Shown piece by piece: positions 51,052-62,772 of a stretch of DNA of 64,000 bases. Both the position numbers and the translations under genes were made by a program. Source of the DNA: Bispira polyomma. Its lineage: Eukaryota. The notes below the pieces were generated by a model. The model searched no databases. It saw only the letters and a program-made list of their open reading frames with translations, and was not told the DNA's origin. Location of the stretch: assembly GCA_965649765.1 (NCBI GenBank), contig OZ287759.1, positions 35,154,001 through 35,218,000 of the forward strand. The letters run 5' to 3'. Each line of letters starts with the position of its first letter. The first letter of the stretch is position 1.

Positions 51052-51177
51052 TTACTTTTTAAACTTTTTGAAAAGCGGGTGTTGATTGCGGCTGTTCTTT
51101 GACCTTGACCTGTATTCCATGTAGACAGCGTCATCGGCTCCTGATATAGAACTCATACTGCCAACACGCCTCTGCAT
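51052..51177 (-). CDS. ERCC3: TFIIH helicase/translocase XPB, terminal exon
   Basis: [41 protein letters not shown] matches the XPB C-terminus ([21 protein letters not shown]...HPLFKRFRK); acceptor ttttAG. Confidence 0.93.
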   Translation of the reverse strand: MQRRVGSMSSISGADDAVYMEYRSRSKNSRNQHPLFKKFKK

Positions 51178-51914
51178 CTAAAACACAACGCATTAGTGGG
51201 ATTATTGGTGCAAGCTTTTTACTAAGGGTGACATTGATAAACAGTATACATTGAGGGGTCAAGTCTTCAAAAGGGGTAAAATAAAGTTAGTTATATTCTC
51301 AACAATTATATCTGATTTACAAACTTCATCCAAGGAGCTATAGCTTGAAACTTGATGCTTCCTTAGAGATAACCTGTATGGCGACTAATTCAAACCAAGT
51401 TCTTGACTTTGGCTAACTTTTAATGGCCATTTAGTTATTCTCTATCCCACGTTACCTGTGCACACCGAGAATGACATTCACACAGGCCCAATGGTACCTG
51501 GGATAGTAGTTTTCAATTAGGGAAGTATTTTAGCCACTGACTTAAGTTTTTAAGGTCAGGACAGCCCCTCGACTAAAATTAAACTATCTCTTTTTATCCG
51601 TCAAGTCACTCAAGTCAAGTTTTTTTTGGAACAGAAAGAGTTTTGGCTCATTGATACTATATTGAGGGTAAGTACGTAAACAAGTCATTCAGATACCTCG
51701 CATGTGACAGTAGGTATTTCCATTATAAGAAACCAAGTTACTGCGCATGCACCTCTAACACATGGACAGAATTCATCATGAAAACAGGCCCTAAACATAG
51801 ACGTCCAGTGAAATGTCATGGCTAGCTACAATATTCAATGATTTTATAAAATTCCCTCAAAAAGTGCTTTGACAGATGCAATTTTTGCATCATACTAATA
51901 ATATTAAAGCTCAT

Positions 51915-52730
51915 CAACCTGACCTTAGACAGTAGAGACGCCCACTCCCCCACCCCTCTCTATACAACCTTACCTTAGACAGTAGAGACGCCCACTCCCC
52001 CACCCCTCTCTATACAACCTTACCTTAGACAGTAGAGACGCCCACTCCCCCACCCCTCTCTATACAGCCTTACAGTGGACAGTACAGACACCCTCCTTCC
52101 CCCACCCTTCTCTATACAGCCTTACCTTAGATAGTAGAGACGCCCCCTCCCCCACCCCTCTCTATACAGCCTTACCTTGGACAGTAGAGATGCCCCCTCC
52201 CCCACCCCTCTCTATACAGCCTTACCTTAGACAGTAGAGACGCCCCCACCCCTCTCTATACAGCCTGACCTTAGACAGTACAGACGCCCCCTCCCCCACC
52301 CCTCTCTATACAGCCTCACCTTAGACAGTAGAGACACCCCCACCCCTCTCTATACGGCCTTACCTTAGACAGTAGAGATGCCCCCTCCCCTACCCCTCTC
52401 TATACAGCCTTACCTTGGACAGTAGAGACGCCCCCTCCCCCACCCCTCTCTATACAGCCTTACCTTAGACAGTAGAGACACCCCCTCCCCCACCCCTCTC
52501 TATACAGCCTCACCTTAGACAGTAGAGACGCCCCCACCCCTCTCTATACAGCCTTACCTTAGACAGTAGAGACATCCCCTCCCCCACCCCTCTCTATACA
52601 GCCTTACCTTAGACAGTAGAGACGCCCCCACCCCTCTCTATACAGCCTTACCTTAGACAGTAGAGACATCCCCTCCCCCACCCCTCTCTATACAGCCTTA
52701 CCTTAGACAGTAGAGATGCCCCCTCCCCCA
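51915..52730 (-). repeat. 50/44-bp donor-junction array (~16 copies) in the last XPB intron
   Basis: Minus-strand unit ggggagggggcgtctctactgtctAAG|GTAAGGctgtatagagaggggt copies the end of exon 52702-52824. Confidence 0.95.
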
Positions 52731-52824
52731 TCAATCTTTCCTCCTCAGCGTCAGTATCGTTGGCTGCACACACTTTCTGAAGTAACTGGGCTTGTTCTTC
52801 TTTAGTGCTGTAGTACAGATCCGC
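52702..52824 (-). CDS. ERCC3: XPB penultimate exon
   Basis: [41 protein letters not shown] (compare XPB [28 protein letters not shown]); phase 0-0. Confidence 0.93.
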
Positions 52825-52964
52825 CTGAAACAGAAAGATTGACCCAACTGAAGTCATTGAAAGTAATGTCAAACTATCCATTTCTGTTACCAGGAGTGGG
52901 CTGTGGATTCTCTACATATTAACTATAATAGACAGCTCTTGTCACCCAAGTCTTACATTGATTG

Positions 52965-53410
52965 ACTGCTTGTAGTTTAACATCCATTTTGGCACATTGT
53001 ATCGGTTATAGGTTTGATTCTTTCTGCAGGCCTGGAGATTGTACCCTTGGACAAGGTGCTTTACACATAGTTGTCCCTCTCAACCTAGGTGTATAAATGG
53101 GTGCCTGGTCGCTAATCGGTGTTAGTCTGAGCACTGTATGTGGCCGCACGGCTAGTAAACTCCCTGAGGGAGCTGAGACTGTACAATGGTTGGCAGGTTA
53201 AAGAACCAAGACATTAGATAACAGTGGCATTGATAGTGCGTTATATCAAATGAATAATTATTATTATCAAGATTCTGCACTGGTGATCCACCAGACATCA
53301 GCAAATAACTGCCAACTTTCTCACACAAAACCATAGCCGAGATTCAAACCCACGACCTCAAAGGTGGGAGGTCAGTGTGTTACCTACTATGCCACTACTA
53401 AGCCCCCTAG
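52965..53410. mobile_element. Two old SINEs tail-to-tail (CORE-type on +, 52965-53245; 13181-family on -, 53250-53410) in an XPB intron
   Basis: cccttggacaaggtgctttacac...caacctaggtgtataaatgggtgcc; and aactgccaactttctcac...gccgagattcaaacc. Confidence 0.6.
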
Positions 53411-53468
53411 TAAGTCTTACATAATAATATGTCTAAGGTTATCCCTTTTTTAGCAATACACTGCCTAC

Positions 53469-53617
53469 CTCCTCCATCCCAGCTAACTTAGTAATGACTT
53501 TGTAGCTGTAACCTTGGTTGACTAGGAAACGTTGTCTCTTAGTGGCGTAGTTCATCTCCATGGTGTCCTGGGAGACGAGAGTGTAGAAGAAAGCATTGTA
53601 CTCCTCTGCTACCGCAC
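53469..53617 (-). CDS. ERCC3: XPB antepenultimate exon
   Basis: (G)[49 protein letters not shown], near-identical to XPB; phase 1-0; not in the ORF track in this frame. Confidence 0.95.
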
Positions 53618-53990
53618 CTACAAGTACAGGAGGGTAAAGTTATCACCCCTACTATAAGTAGGGCAGTATAGGATAAAGCTAGCACCCCTACAACAAGTAG
53701 AGGTAGATAGGATAAAGCTAGCACCCATACTACAAGTAGAGGAGTACAGGATAAAGTTATCACCCCTACTACAAGTAAAGGAGTAGAGGATAAAGTTATC
53801 TCCCCCACTACTACTACAGGAGTAGATGATAAAGTTATCACCCCTACTACTGTACAGGAGTAGAGAGGATAAAGCTATCACCCTACTACAAGTACAGGAG
53901 TAGAGGATAAAGTTATCACCCCTACTACAAGTACAGGAGTAGAGGATAAAGTTATTACCCCTACTACAAGTAGATGAGTACAGGATAATG
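53615..53990 (-). repeat. ~39-bp acceptor-site array (~9 copies) upstream of XPB exon 53469-53617
   Basis: Minus-strand unit ggtgataactttatcctctactcctgtacttgtAGtagg; real acceptor cctcctgtacttgtAG|GTGCG. Confidence 0.88.
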
Positions 53991-53994
53991 GTGA

Positions 53995-54910
53995 CCCCAC
54001 AGTGTCACGTGATTAAAGGGACCATAGTGTCAGGTGATACAAGAGATCAGTGTTAGGTGACCCAAGGGACCAAGGTGTCAAGTGATACAAGGGACCAAGG
54101 TGTCAAGTGATACAAGAGACCACATTGTCAGATGATCCAAGGGACCACAGTGTCAGATGATTCAAGGGACCACAGTGTCAGGTGATTGAAGTGACCACAG
54201 TGTCAGGTAATACAAAAGATCAGTGTCAGGTGACCAAAGGGACCAAGGTGTAAGGTGATACAAGGGGCCATAGTGATACAAGGAACCACATTGTCAGGTG
54301 ATACAAAGGACCAAGTGATACAAGAGACCACAGTGTCAGGTGATACAAGGGACCACAGTGTCAGGTGGTAGAAGGGACGACAGTGTCAGGTGATACAAGG
54401 GACCATAGTGTCAGGTGATACAAGGGACCATAGTGTCAGGTGATACAAGGGACCAGTGTCAGGTGATAGAAGGGACCACAGTGTCAGGTGATACAAGAGA
54501 CCATAGTGTCAGGTGATACAAGGGACCACAGTGTCAGGTGATACAAGGGACCATAGTGCCAGGTGACCACACAGTGTCAGGTGATACAAGCGACCATAGT
54601 GTCAGGTGGTAGAAGGGACCACAGAGTCAGGTGATACAAGGGACCACAGTGTCAGGTGATACAAGGGGCCATAGTGTCAGGTGATACACAATGTCAGGTG
54701 ATACAAGGGACCATAGTGTCAGGTGATACAAGGGACCACAGTGTCAGGTGATACAAGGGGCCATAGTGTCAGGTGATACAAGAGACTATAGTGCCAGGTG
54801 ACCACACAGTGTCAGGTGATACAAGGGACCACAGTGTCAGGTGATACAAGGGACCACAGTGTCAGGTGACCACACAGTGTCAGGTGATACAAGGGACCGC
54901 AGTGTCAGGT
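53995..54910. repeat. ~25-bp minisatellite (~35 copies)
   Basis: gtgtcaggtgatacaagggaccaca. Confidence 0.92.
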
Positions 54911-55282
54911 GGGAGGCAAGGGTGAGCAGTATTTTGCTATGTGGATGATTCTTGGAGAGTTTATAAAATTTACCTTACAAAGATTGCTGATACAGGCACA
55001 ATTGTTGTATAATCCTTACACTATTTAAGTGTATAATTAACCCAAAATACTTTACTATATATAGTAACATCCAGTTTACAGGATAATTGTCGTCCTACAT
55101 ATTTGTCTGTGCACCTGTTGATGCATGCAAATAATATTCCTAGAAGAGTATCCAGTTATTCCTAAAACCCGGAGGTAAACATCGATTACAGATTTCCATG
55201 GAAATTTTGTTGGTGTACATTTATTGAAGGTTGGAACTAATAGATCTGATCAGTGTGCAAGCACTTGCAAGGTAAACAATGA

Positions 55283-56460
55283 ACTAGAAAATGGTTTTTG
55301 ATAACAAAAACAAAGTGTCCCTGAAGTTAAAATAATATTGAAGATGTTTAGTGTACAAGGTATTAAAAATTGTTTTAAAATTTGACATATATAAGCAGAA
55401 TTAGCTCTGTGGTCAAAAATAAGCTAGAAAATGCTCTATCTAGCACCGTTTCCGAGATTAGACATTTTTGGAAAAAAAAAAAAAAAACAGAAATTCAAGA
55501 TGGTCGCCAAAATCAAATTTTTTTTTTGAAAAGTTTACATATAAGCAGCAATTCTGTCGAAAATGAGCTCAAAATCCATCTTTCCAACACCGTTTCCGAG
55601 ATAATGGATGTTTTAAAAAAACACCCTGAATTATCATAATTTTTGAAATTTCAATCGTTTTATATCAGTAACGATCAAATATTTTTGGATGGGGTAAAAA
55701 ATAACAATTCAGGCTATTTTTTAAAAGTTACCCGCTGCATATACTAGTCTAAAATAAAAAATATCCTGACTTGCTCAATAAAGCACCCATCAACACTTTT
55801 TTCCCCTATTTTGTATGATTCACGGACATCTATGCTTTGGTATTTGCATTGTGCATGCCAAATTTAATTAAACTATCACAAGTACTTCAAAAGAAAAGTT
55901 AATAATAGTGCAAGATAGAAAAAAATAGAGCAAACTACTCATTTGAAGTACAAAATACTCGAGTACTGGACTTAGAATTGTGAGATTTTTACATGATACA
56001 TAAAATCAAAAAGTAGATAAATAACTTATACCAAGAAAAAGCCGAAATCCAAATAGTTTCCGAGAAAGCAAAAAGTATCAATTTTTTCGCATTTCAATAA
56101 AAAATTCAAACGGTCCGCCATCAGTCAATTATCATCCGATTGATCTCAACAGCATGTCCAGAAAATTGCCTTACTAAAGTACATACACAATTTCATTGAG
56201 CTATGTCAAATACTTTTTGAGAAAACCTAGTGACAAGCACTTTTACACCCCCAGGGTCAGGTGACATTTAAGTAGGCCAAAGTTGAAAGCCAAGAATTTG
56301 AAAAAAATTTCCCACTTCAGGTTAAGAGAACTGCCAAAATAATTTTGATGCAGATAATATTAAAGGAGATATTAAAAAAAGACCATGTGGTGGTGGTGGC
56401 GGCGGCAGCGAGGAAACTAGAGGTGGAACCAAATAAGTGGCCTTTCTAAGAGATGCTCAA
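55283..56460 (+). mobile_element. Possible non-autonomous Helitron/Helentron-like element
   Basis: Starts aactagaaaatg, has internal ccgtttccgagat subrepeats and a ggtggtggtggcggcggc microsatellite near the 3' end. Recognised from general appearance only. Confidence 0.3.
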
Positions 56461-57468
56461 TTACAAAGACTATCAGGTTGAGGAAAAGTAAGTTGTATCT
56501 TAAGGATATTTATGTCATCAAAATAGAATATATCGAGTGGTCTAGTAAGTTTTAAAACATTTTAAGGTTGTAATTGTAGTTAGACTTTTATAGCGCTTAA
56601 TCTTCCCTTAACAAATGGGACTCTAACGCGCAACAGCACATAAGACAGTAATCCAATTTCAATATCCAGAGACAGAAAAGGGTCAAGCACACAGAGCACG
56701 CCGGGGGATGATTCGGACTAAGGTGGGTTACTGGACCTAACTGGTCTACTGATTTGTTGAGGAATATTGCAGGCTGTGTACAAGTGAAACAGCCATCTAA
56801 CCCTATGGGGAACACTAATGCCCAGCCAATTTAGAAATAGCATTTATACAATGTGAACAAGGCAACATTAAAAGTGATGTAAAATTTCTGAAAGAAAATA
56901 CTGTTTAATTAAATACCATTTATTTCCTGTATACAATAAATGGACATATTCATGCAAGTACATCAAAGTAAAACGCCATAGAAAGAATTTCTTTAAAAAA
57001 GCTTTAAAAATAGCTAATAATTAAAATCTGCATAGAAATCTATGATATAAGATTGTGTATATAAAACTAAAGGAAGAGACTGAATACTGGAGTTAGCAGT
57101 GATGGGTGTAGATTAGACTACATACTGGTGTCCAACAACTTATACACACTACACTGGTACATCAGACTAGAGAACATTATCAGATCTAAGTGAACTAGAC
57201 AATGTTTACACTTTCTGTACATAATATACAGGATTACAGAATACAATATAGAGTAGAACCGTGTCAAGTCGAATCTGAAGAGACTATCAAATCACTATAT
57301 TGTGTACCTACATGTATGAAAGCAGTTTTACGTCATCCTTCAAAATAATAATATAAAATACAGAATACAATATAGGAATACAGATAATTCTAGAACTGAT
57401 CAAATGTTTGTATACAATGGCTTGAAAGGTGTGTTCTTAGATTATTTCTAAAATGTGCAGTTTGTGGG

Positions 57469-57584
57469 TAGACTAATCCAGATCATGGGTGGAGCGACAT
57501 GGAAGGCACAAGATGTACCCCGTTAATAGACTAATCCAGATCATGGGTGGAGCAACAGGGAAGGCACAAGATGTGCCCCATTAA
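57469..57584. repeat. ~58-bp direct duplication downstream of MMP
   Basis: tagactaatccagatcatgggtggagc...gaaggcacaagatgt..ccc.ttaa twice. Confidence 0.85.
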
Positions 57585-58087
57585 AGAACAATTAGCCAGA
57601 ATACTGTAGAACCAAAAGCAACTGTTGGAAATTCGTTTGCATTCTTAAAACCCCACTATTCAATGCACAATACAAATGAGAGTGAAGTGGCCCATGGGGG
57701 CCACAGTGCCAGATGACCATGTGGGATACACAGGTAGACAGGAACTAGGGTATATGTCCTTGGAATATCTTTAAAGCCATTTTTAGACATGGAATACATC
57801 TATGGATTTATGCAATATACAGTAGAACTATCCAAACTTCTATTGTCCAAACATTCAAATTTAAAAAGTAACACAGTTTGGCTCTACCAAATTTACACTT
57901 TCCTTGTGTTTTACACTAAAATGCCTTTTCATTTTTCAATTTTTCAAACCTTCTATTATCTAAACACAATTTAGCTCACTGTTCAGATAATAGAGGTTCT
58001 ACTTTATATAGTTATATAATATCTGCATTTAATTTACTAGTAATGTTAATTTGTGAAGTTTCCAATCTTGATTTTAACGGAGTGTAT

Positions 58088-59690
58088 TTAGGTCATTAAG
58101 TTAATGAGATTGCCTTTCATGTCAATCAGTACTTTTTTCTGTGTGTACAAGCCGGTCTTTCCTTTAGTTGTCTCCTTGGCAGTGTGATGGTATATTCCTG
58201 ACCCCTGGTGTGTGTTGTCCCTCTCCACCACACTAGCAGTAGTACCGGTCCAGTCCTTCATCTCCTCTGGATCCTCCTGGATCTGTGCTGTTCCAGACTT
58301 AGGACATCCAAACCACCAGGTGGCTGTATCCCTGGGATAGGGATCGCCTGGACTTGAATCTATGGCACCTTTAACTTTAGACATCCTGTAATACTGGGTC
58401 CCTCTAAAGAAGTAGGTGTGTACCATGCTGTCTATGTAGAGACTCAGACTGGCGTCTATTGGTGTGGTCAGTCCTTTCACTGTGTTAGAGAGTGACCGTG
58501 GGTAGCCGCTATCTACCCGCCCTGTGCCTACCCTCCGAGTCACCCTCCAGTACTGATCTCCCTTCACAAAGTACACCTTCCTCCCGTCTACTGTAAACAC
58601 TGTGTCTATAGGGGTAGGGATGCCTGGGTACAGCTCACTGATAGCTTGACTCTGAACAAACGCCGCCGAGTCCAACACTCCATCCTCGTACATAAAGTAG
58701 TGGTCACCTTTAAACAGTAACAGTTGCTGGCTCTGTACCCGTTTATAGGAAGAACAGTGACTAGTGACGCCGTCATACTTACACCGATACTGCCAGAGCT
58801 CAGGCAGATAGAGCCCTGCGTCCAGGTCTCTAGGCAACTCGGGAAAGGCATTACCAATGAGTTGTGGGTAGCCGGTTACATGACCTGGTTTATACAGATC
58901 TATCTGAGTAACGTACTGACCAGTGAACACAAAGATACGACCCTGTCTGTCTGTGGTGACAGCGTCCACAGAGGGGTCAGTACACAGGTCAATGTCTGCT
59001 TTGGGTGACTGGTCCAATGTGGGGGTGGTAGGTTCTGAAGTCTCAGGGCTTGTGGACTGGTCCAATGTGGGGGTGGTAGGTCTTGAAGTGGGATTATTAG
59101 TAGTTTGTGTAGTAGGCTGTGGTGCTGTAGTGGAGTGCAGTGTAGTAGACACAGATGTTGACTCTGTAGTGCTGTCCCCTGTAGACCCAGGCATGCCATA
59201 CAAGTGCTGGATACCCTCAATGTCATCTCTATGAAGTAGGACTTCAAAGCCAGGCCTGTAGTAAGGATACATGACCGAGTTATAGACATTGGAATGACCT
59301 AACCCTAAGGCATGACCTATCTCATGGAGTACCACCTGGTACAAGTCTTTGGACCTCTGTGTTAGCCGTCTAATCACCCAGGGCTCCGTGTCATCCACAT
59401 GGATATCTCCAGCATAAAACAGACTCCGTGGAGAGTAGGCGTGGGCGAGTACCCCCCCTTTCCCGTCAAACGGGTAGGAGTCACCATGACTACCGTTAGT
59501 AAACTTGATGTCAATATCTGCTGTGTGGGAGAGGTGGTGTTTGGTAAAGGTTAGACCAGAGACCTCCTGCCACTGACTGAAGGCTTCCTCTACTGTGTAC
59601 TGAGTGTCTGACTCACTCACACTGTGGGGGGAGTTAAGGACTCGGTATGTGAGGGCAGTCTTCTGCCACCCAGCTTCCAGTATTGTGTAC
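58088..59690 (-). CDS. Matrix metalloproteinase exon 2 (catalytic domain, Thr-rich hinge, hemopexin domain, C-terminal tail)
   Basis: HGDSYPFDGKGGVLAHA, HEIGHALGLGH zinc motif, SVMYPYY Met-turn, hemopexin DA...FFRG/GYPR repeats ending WFGC. Phase-2 acceptor ttacAG|GTAC gives RKKR-YTIL. Confidence 0.95.
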
Positions 59691-59992
59691 CTGTAATATT
59701 GTAAATATAGAGTATTGTGTACCTGTAAAATAGTAAATATAGAGTATTGTGTACCTGTAATATAGTAAATATAGAGAGTTGTGTACCTGAAATATAGTAA
59801 ATATAGAGTGTTGTGTACCTGTAATATAGCAAATATAGAGTATTGAGTACCTGTGATATAGTAATTATAGAGTACTGTGTAAATGTAATATAGTAAATAT
59901 TGAATATTGTGTACCTGTAATATAGTAAATATAGAGTATTGTGTACCTGTAATATAATAAATATTGAGTATTGTGTACCTGTAATATTGTAA
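59681..59992 (-). repeat. 32-bp acceptor-junction array of the MMP intron, proximal block (~10 copies)
   Basis: Minus-strand unit ctctatatttactatattacAG|gtacacaata, identical to the real junction. Confidence 0.95.
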
Positions 59993-61631
59993 CAAGAGGA
60001 GAATGGCCTGGCGGCCATATCATGATAATGCCACTAAAAGCTATTGTGAGATTCACATAAAGTATTTACAATTTGTAAATTATATCAAGGTAAATAATAA
60101 TGCTTTTTGTATTTTGCTTTATTTATCTATATGAAATACATCAATGGTTAGATTTTAGAAATAAAACAGTTGCATTTTTCTTTAAAAACATACAGAAATC
60201 CATCCCACCAAAATAAAAGATCAACTGTTTTTGTTCTCTTTTTTGAACAGTGTGTAAATCTGGTATGTTATACACGTGTCATTGTATGCCCCATTCACAC
60301 ATTGGTGGTATGGTAGGAGGTACTTACAAATTTTTATAACTTGTCATTCCGCGTGCCATTCCGGCTGATCCATCTAGAAGAAATATAACTTTCAAATGGC
60401 GTAAAACTTGTCAGATAAGTTTCACAGAAAATTACTGGAACTAAAGTTATGGTAGGGATACGGAAATACTAAGATTTCTGAGTACTAAGTTTTTTAAGTG
60501 AAAGATTTCTTAGTGATATACTCGGGAAGGAAAAGGCAATTTTCATAACTTCTCTTATAATCTTTCCATACCGTCATAGTGTGAACCCTACATTAGTATG
60601 TAGATGTGTTAATCACTTGTTTCTAAAAAAACTGTTCAAGACTTGACATCATGGTATACATGTTTTACTTTACTATATTGAAATACAAGATATATATTTT
60701 ACTTGTTGACTGGAATTTCTTCAAGAAATATGGATTTACCTTAAATATAAACAAAAGTTCTGATGATGTAAAATCTTTGGTAAGACAATGTAACAAAAGT
60801 TCTGATGATGTGAAATCTTTGGTAAGGCAATGTAGCATATTTTTTGTATCTTGCAACTGAACTTACACTGCAAAGTCATAAATCTAAACTATCCAGACAT
60901 GGTGCTGATAGATTTATGGTTGCACACAGCAGGGGATGGGGGAGGGAAAAAAAACATTTAAAGGTTCCGAAAGACACTTATTCCATAGACTGTATATTGG
61001 GTTCACAATATTTTTTTCCTCAGCTTGATACAGTAAAGAATCTAAAATTTGCTCCTGTATCTAAAATTTGCCACCCCTAAAATTTAAGCCAAATAAATAA
61101 AAACTGGAAAAAATAACTGGTAAGGAAGGCCAATATTAGTCATAAAAATATCAATTGAAGCAAATATTTTTAACCACAATTCCACCCAAAACACGTTTTC
61201 TAGGTGGCGAATTTTAGATGGTGGCAAATTTTATATTTCTTACAGCCACAACCACCAATCAACCAAAGTATATATATATATATATAGGTTATATATCTTC
61301 CCAAACCTGATGTTTATCATACACTGTATATATATATTCCCTTTGAAACCATTTGAAATGGGCGGTAATGGACCCTTCAATCAAATCTGAGGCTCCCAAT
61401 ATATAAAACTTTAATAACTTCTACTATACTGCACATAATCACACCAAATTAATTTTGGACCAACTAGAGACAAAAGAGTGTATATATACCAAATATAAAA
61501 GCACAAATCCCTACAGATTCAGAGATTACGCTGTGGACACGTTGTAACCATGCGTAACCAAGGGTCTTTCACTATCTCCTTCTGTCTCTACTAAAACATG
61601 ATTATGCCAATAAGCATTGGCATAATCATGC
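59993..61631 (+). mobile_element. ~1.64-kb insertion (Helentron/Helitron-like, probably composite) splitting the 32-bp array
   Basis: Array phase continues across it (tattgtaa|...|aaatatagag). Starts (aa)caagag; ends with a perfect 15-bp hairpin catgattatgccaat-aagc-attggcataatcatg (61597-61630). No TSD seen beyond the A run. Confidence 0.6.
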
Positions 61632-62182
61632 AAATATAGAGTATTGTGTATCTGTAATATTGTAAATATAGAGTATTGTGTACCTGTAATATAGTAAGTA
61701 TAGAGTATTGTGTACCTGTAATATATTAAATATAGAGTATTGTGTACCTGTAATATATTAAATATAGAGCATTGTGTACCTGTACTATTGTAAATATAGA
61801 GTATTGTCTACCTGTACTATTGTAAATATAGAGTGTTGTGTACCTGTACTATTGTAAATATAGAGTATTGTGTACCTGTAATATATTAAATATAGAGTAT
61901 TGTGTACCTGTACTATTGTAAATATAGAGCGTTGTGTACCTGTAATATATTAAATATACAGTGTTGTGTACCTGTACTATTGTAAATATAGAGTGTTGTG
62001 TACCTGTACTATTGTAAATATAGAGTGTTGTGTACCTGTAATATATTAAATATTGAGTATTGTGTACCTGTACTATTGTAAATATAGAGTATTGTGTACC
62101 TGTAATATATTAAATATAGAGTATTGTGTACCTGTACTATTGTAAATATAGAGTGTTGTGTACCTGTAATATATTAAATATA
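61632..62182 (-). repeat. 32-bp acceptor-junction array of the MMP intron, distal block (~17 copies)
   Basis: Same unit as 59681-59992 (tattgtgtacctgta(a/c)tat...aaatatagag). Confidence 0.95.
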
Positions 62183-62189
62183 AGGTTTT

Positions 62190-62772
62190 ATTTAACAAAT
62201 CTCATTTCGTTTATTTCTATTGATCTTTCTATAACAAATCTCACTTTTTCTTTATTTCCTGTTACAGTTTACAAAACAAATTTTCTTTGTTTTTGTTCCT
62301 CTATACTGTTAACAGAACACTATAAGAAATATCAACTTTTATTTCTATATTCTATTAAGCTCAATACAACAACTCTCATTTTTCTATATTTCTATTGAAC
62401 GGTCTATAATAAATCTCACTTTTCTACATACCATTGACCTTTCACTGACCAGTCTCACTTGTCTATTACCCTTTCTCTACCAAATCTCACTTTTCTATAT
62501 ACCATTGACCTTTCTCTAACCAATCTCACTTTTCTATATACCATTGACCTTTCTCTAACCAATCTCACTTTTCTATATTCCATTGACCTTTCTCTAACCA
62601 ATCTCACTTTTCTATATACCATTGACCTTTCTATAACAAGTCTCACTTTTCTATAAAATTATATCCATTGACCTTTCTCTAACAAATCTCATCGTTTCTA
62701 TATTCCATTGACCTTTCTCTAACCAATCTCACTTTTCTATTACCCTTTCTCTAACCAATCTTACCTTTTCTT
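62190..62772 (-). repeat. 39-bp donor-junction array of the MMP intron, decaying distally
   Basis: Minus-strand unit agaaaa|GTGAGattggttagagaaaggtcaatggtatat versus real AGAAAAG|GTAAGattggttagagaaagg. Confidence 0.9.

Noticed and set aside
59691-59995. N-terminal ~100 aa of the 635-aa ORF as the MMP start
   Set aside because: Intronic repeat with no signal peptide or propeptide; the true N-terminus is exon 62765-63099.
25240-62772. Tandem arrays as CRISPR arrays
   Set aside because: Units are head-to-tail with no unique spacers, no cas genes are present, and the context is eukaryotic introns.
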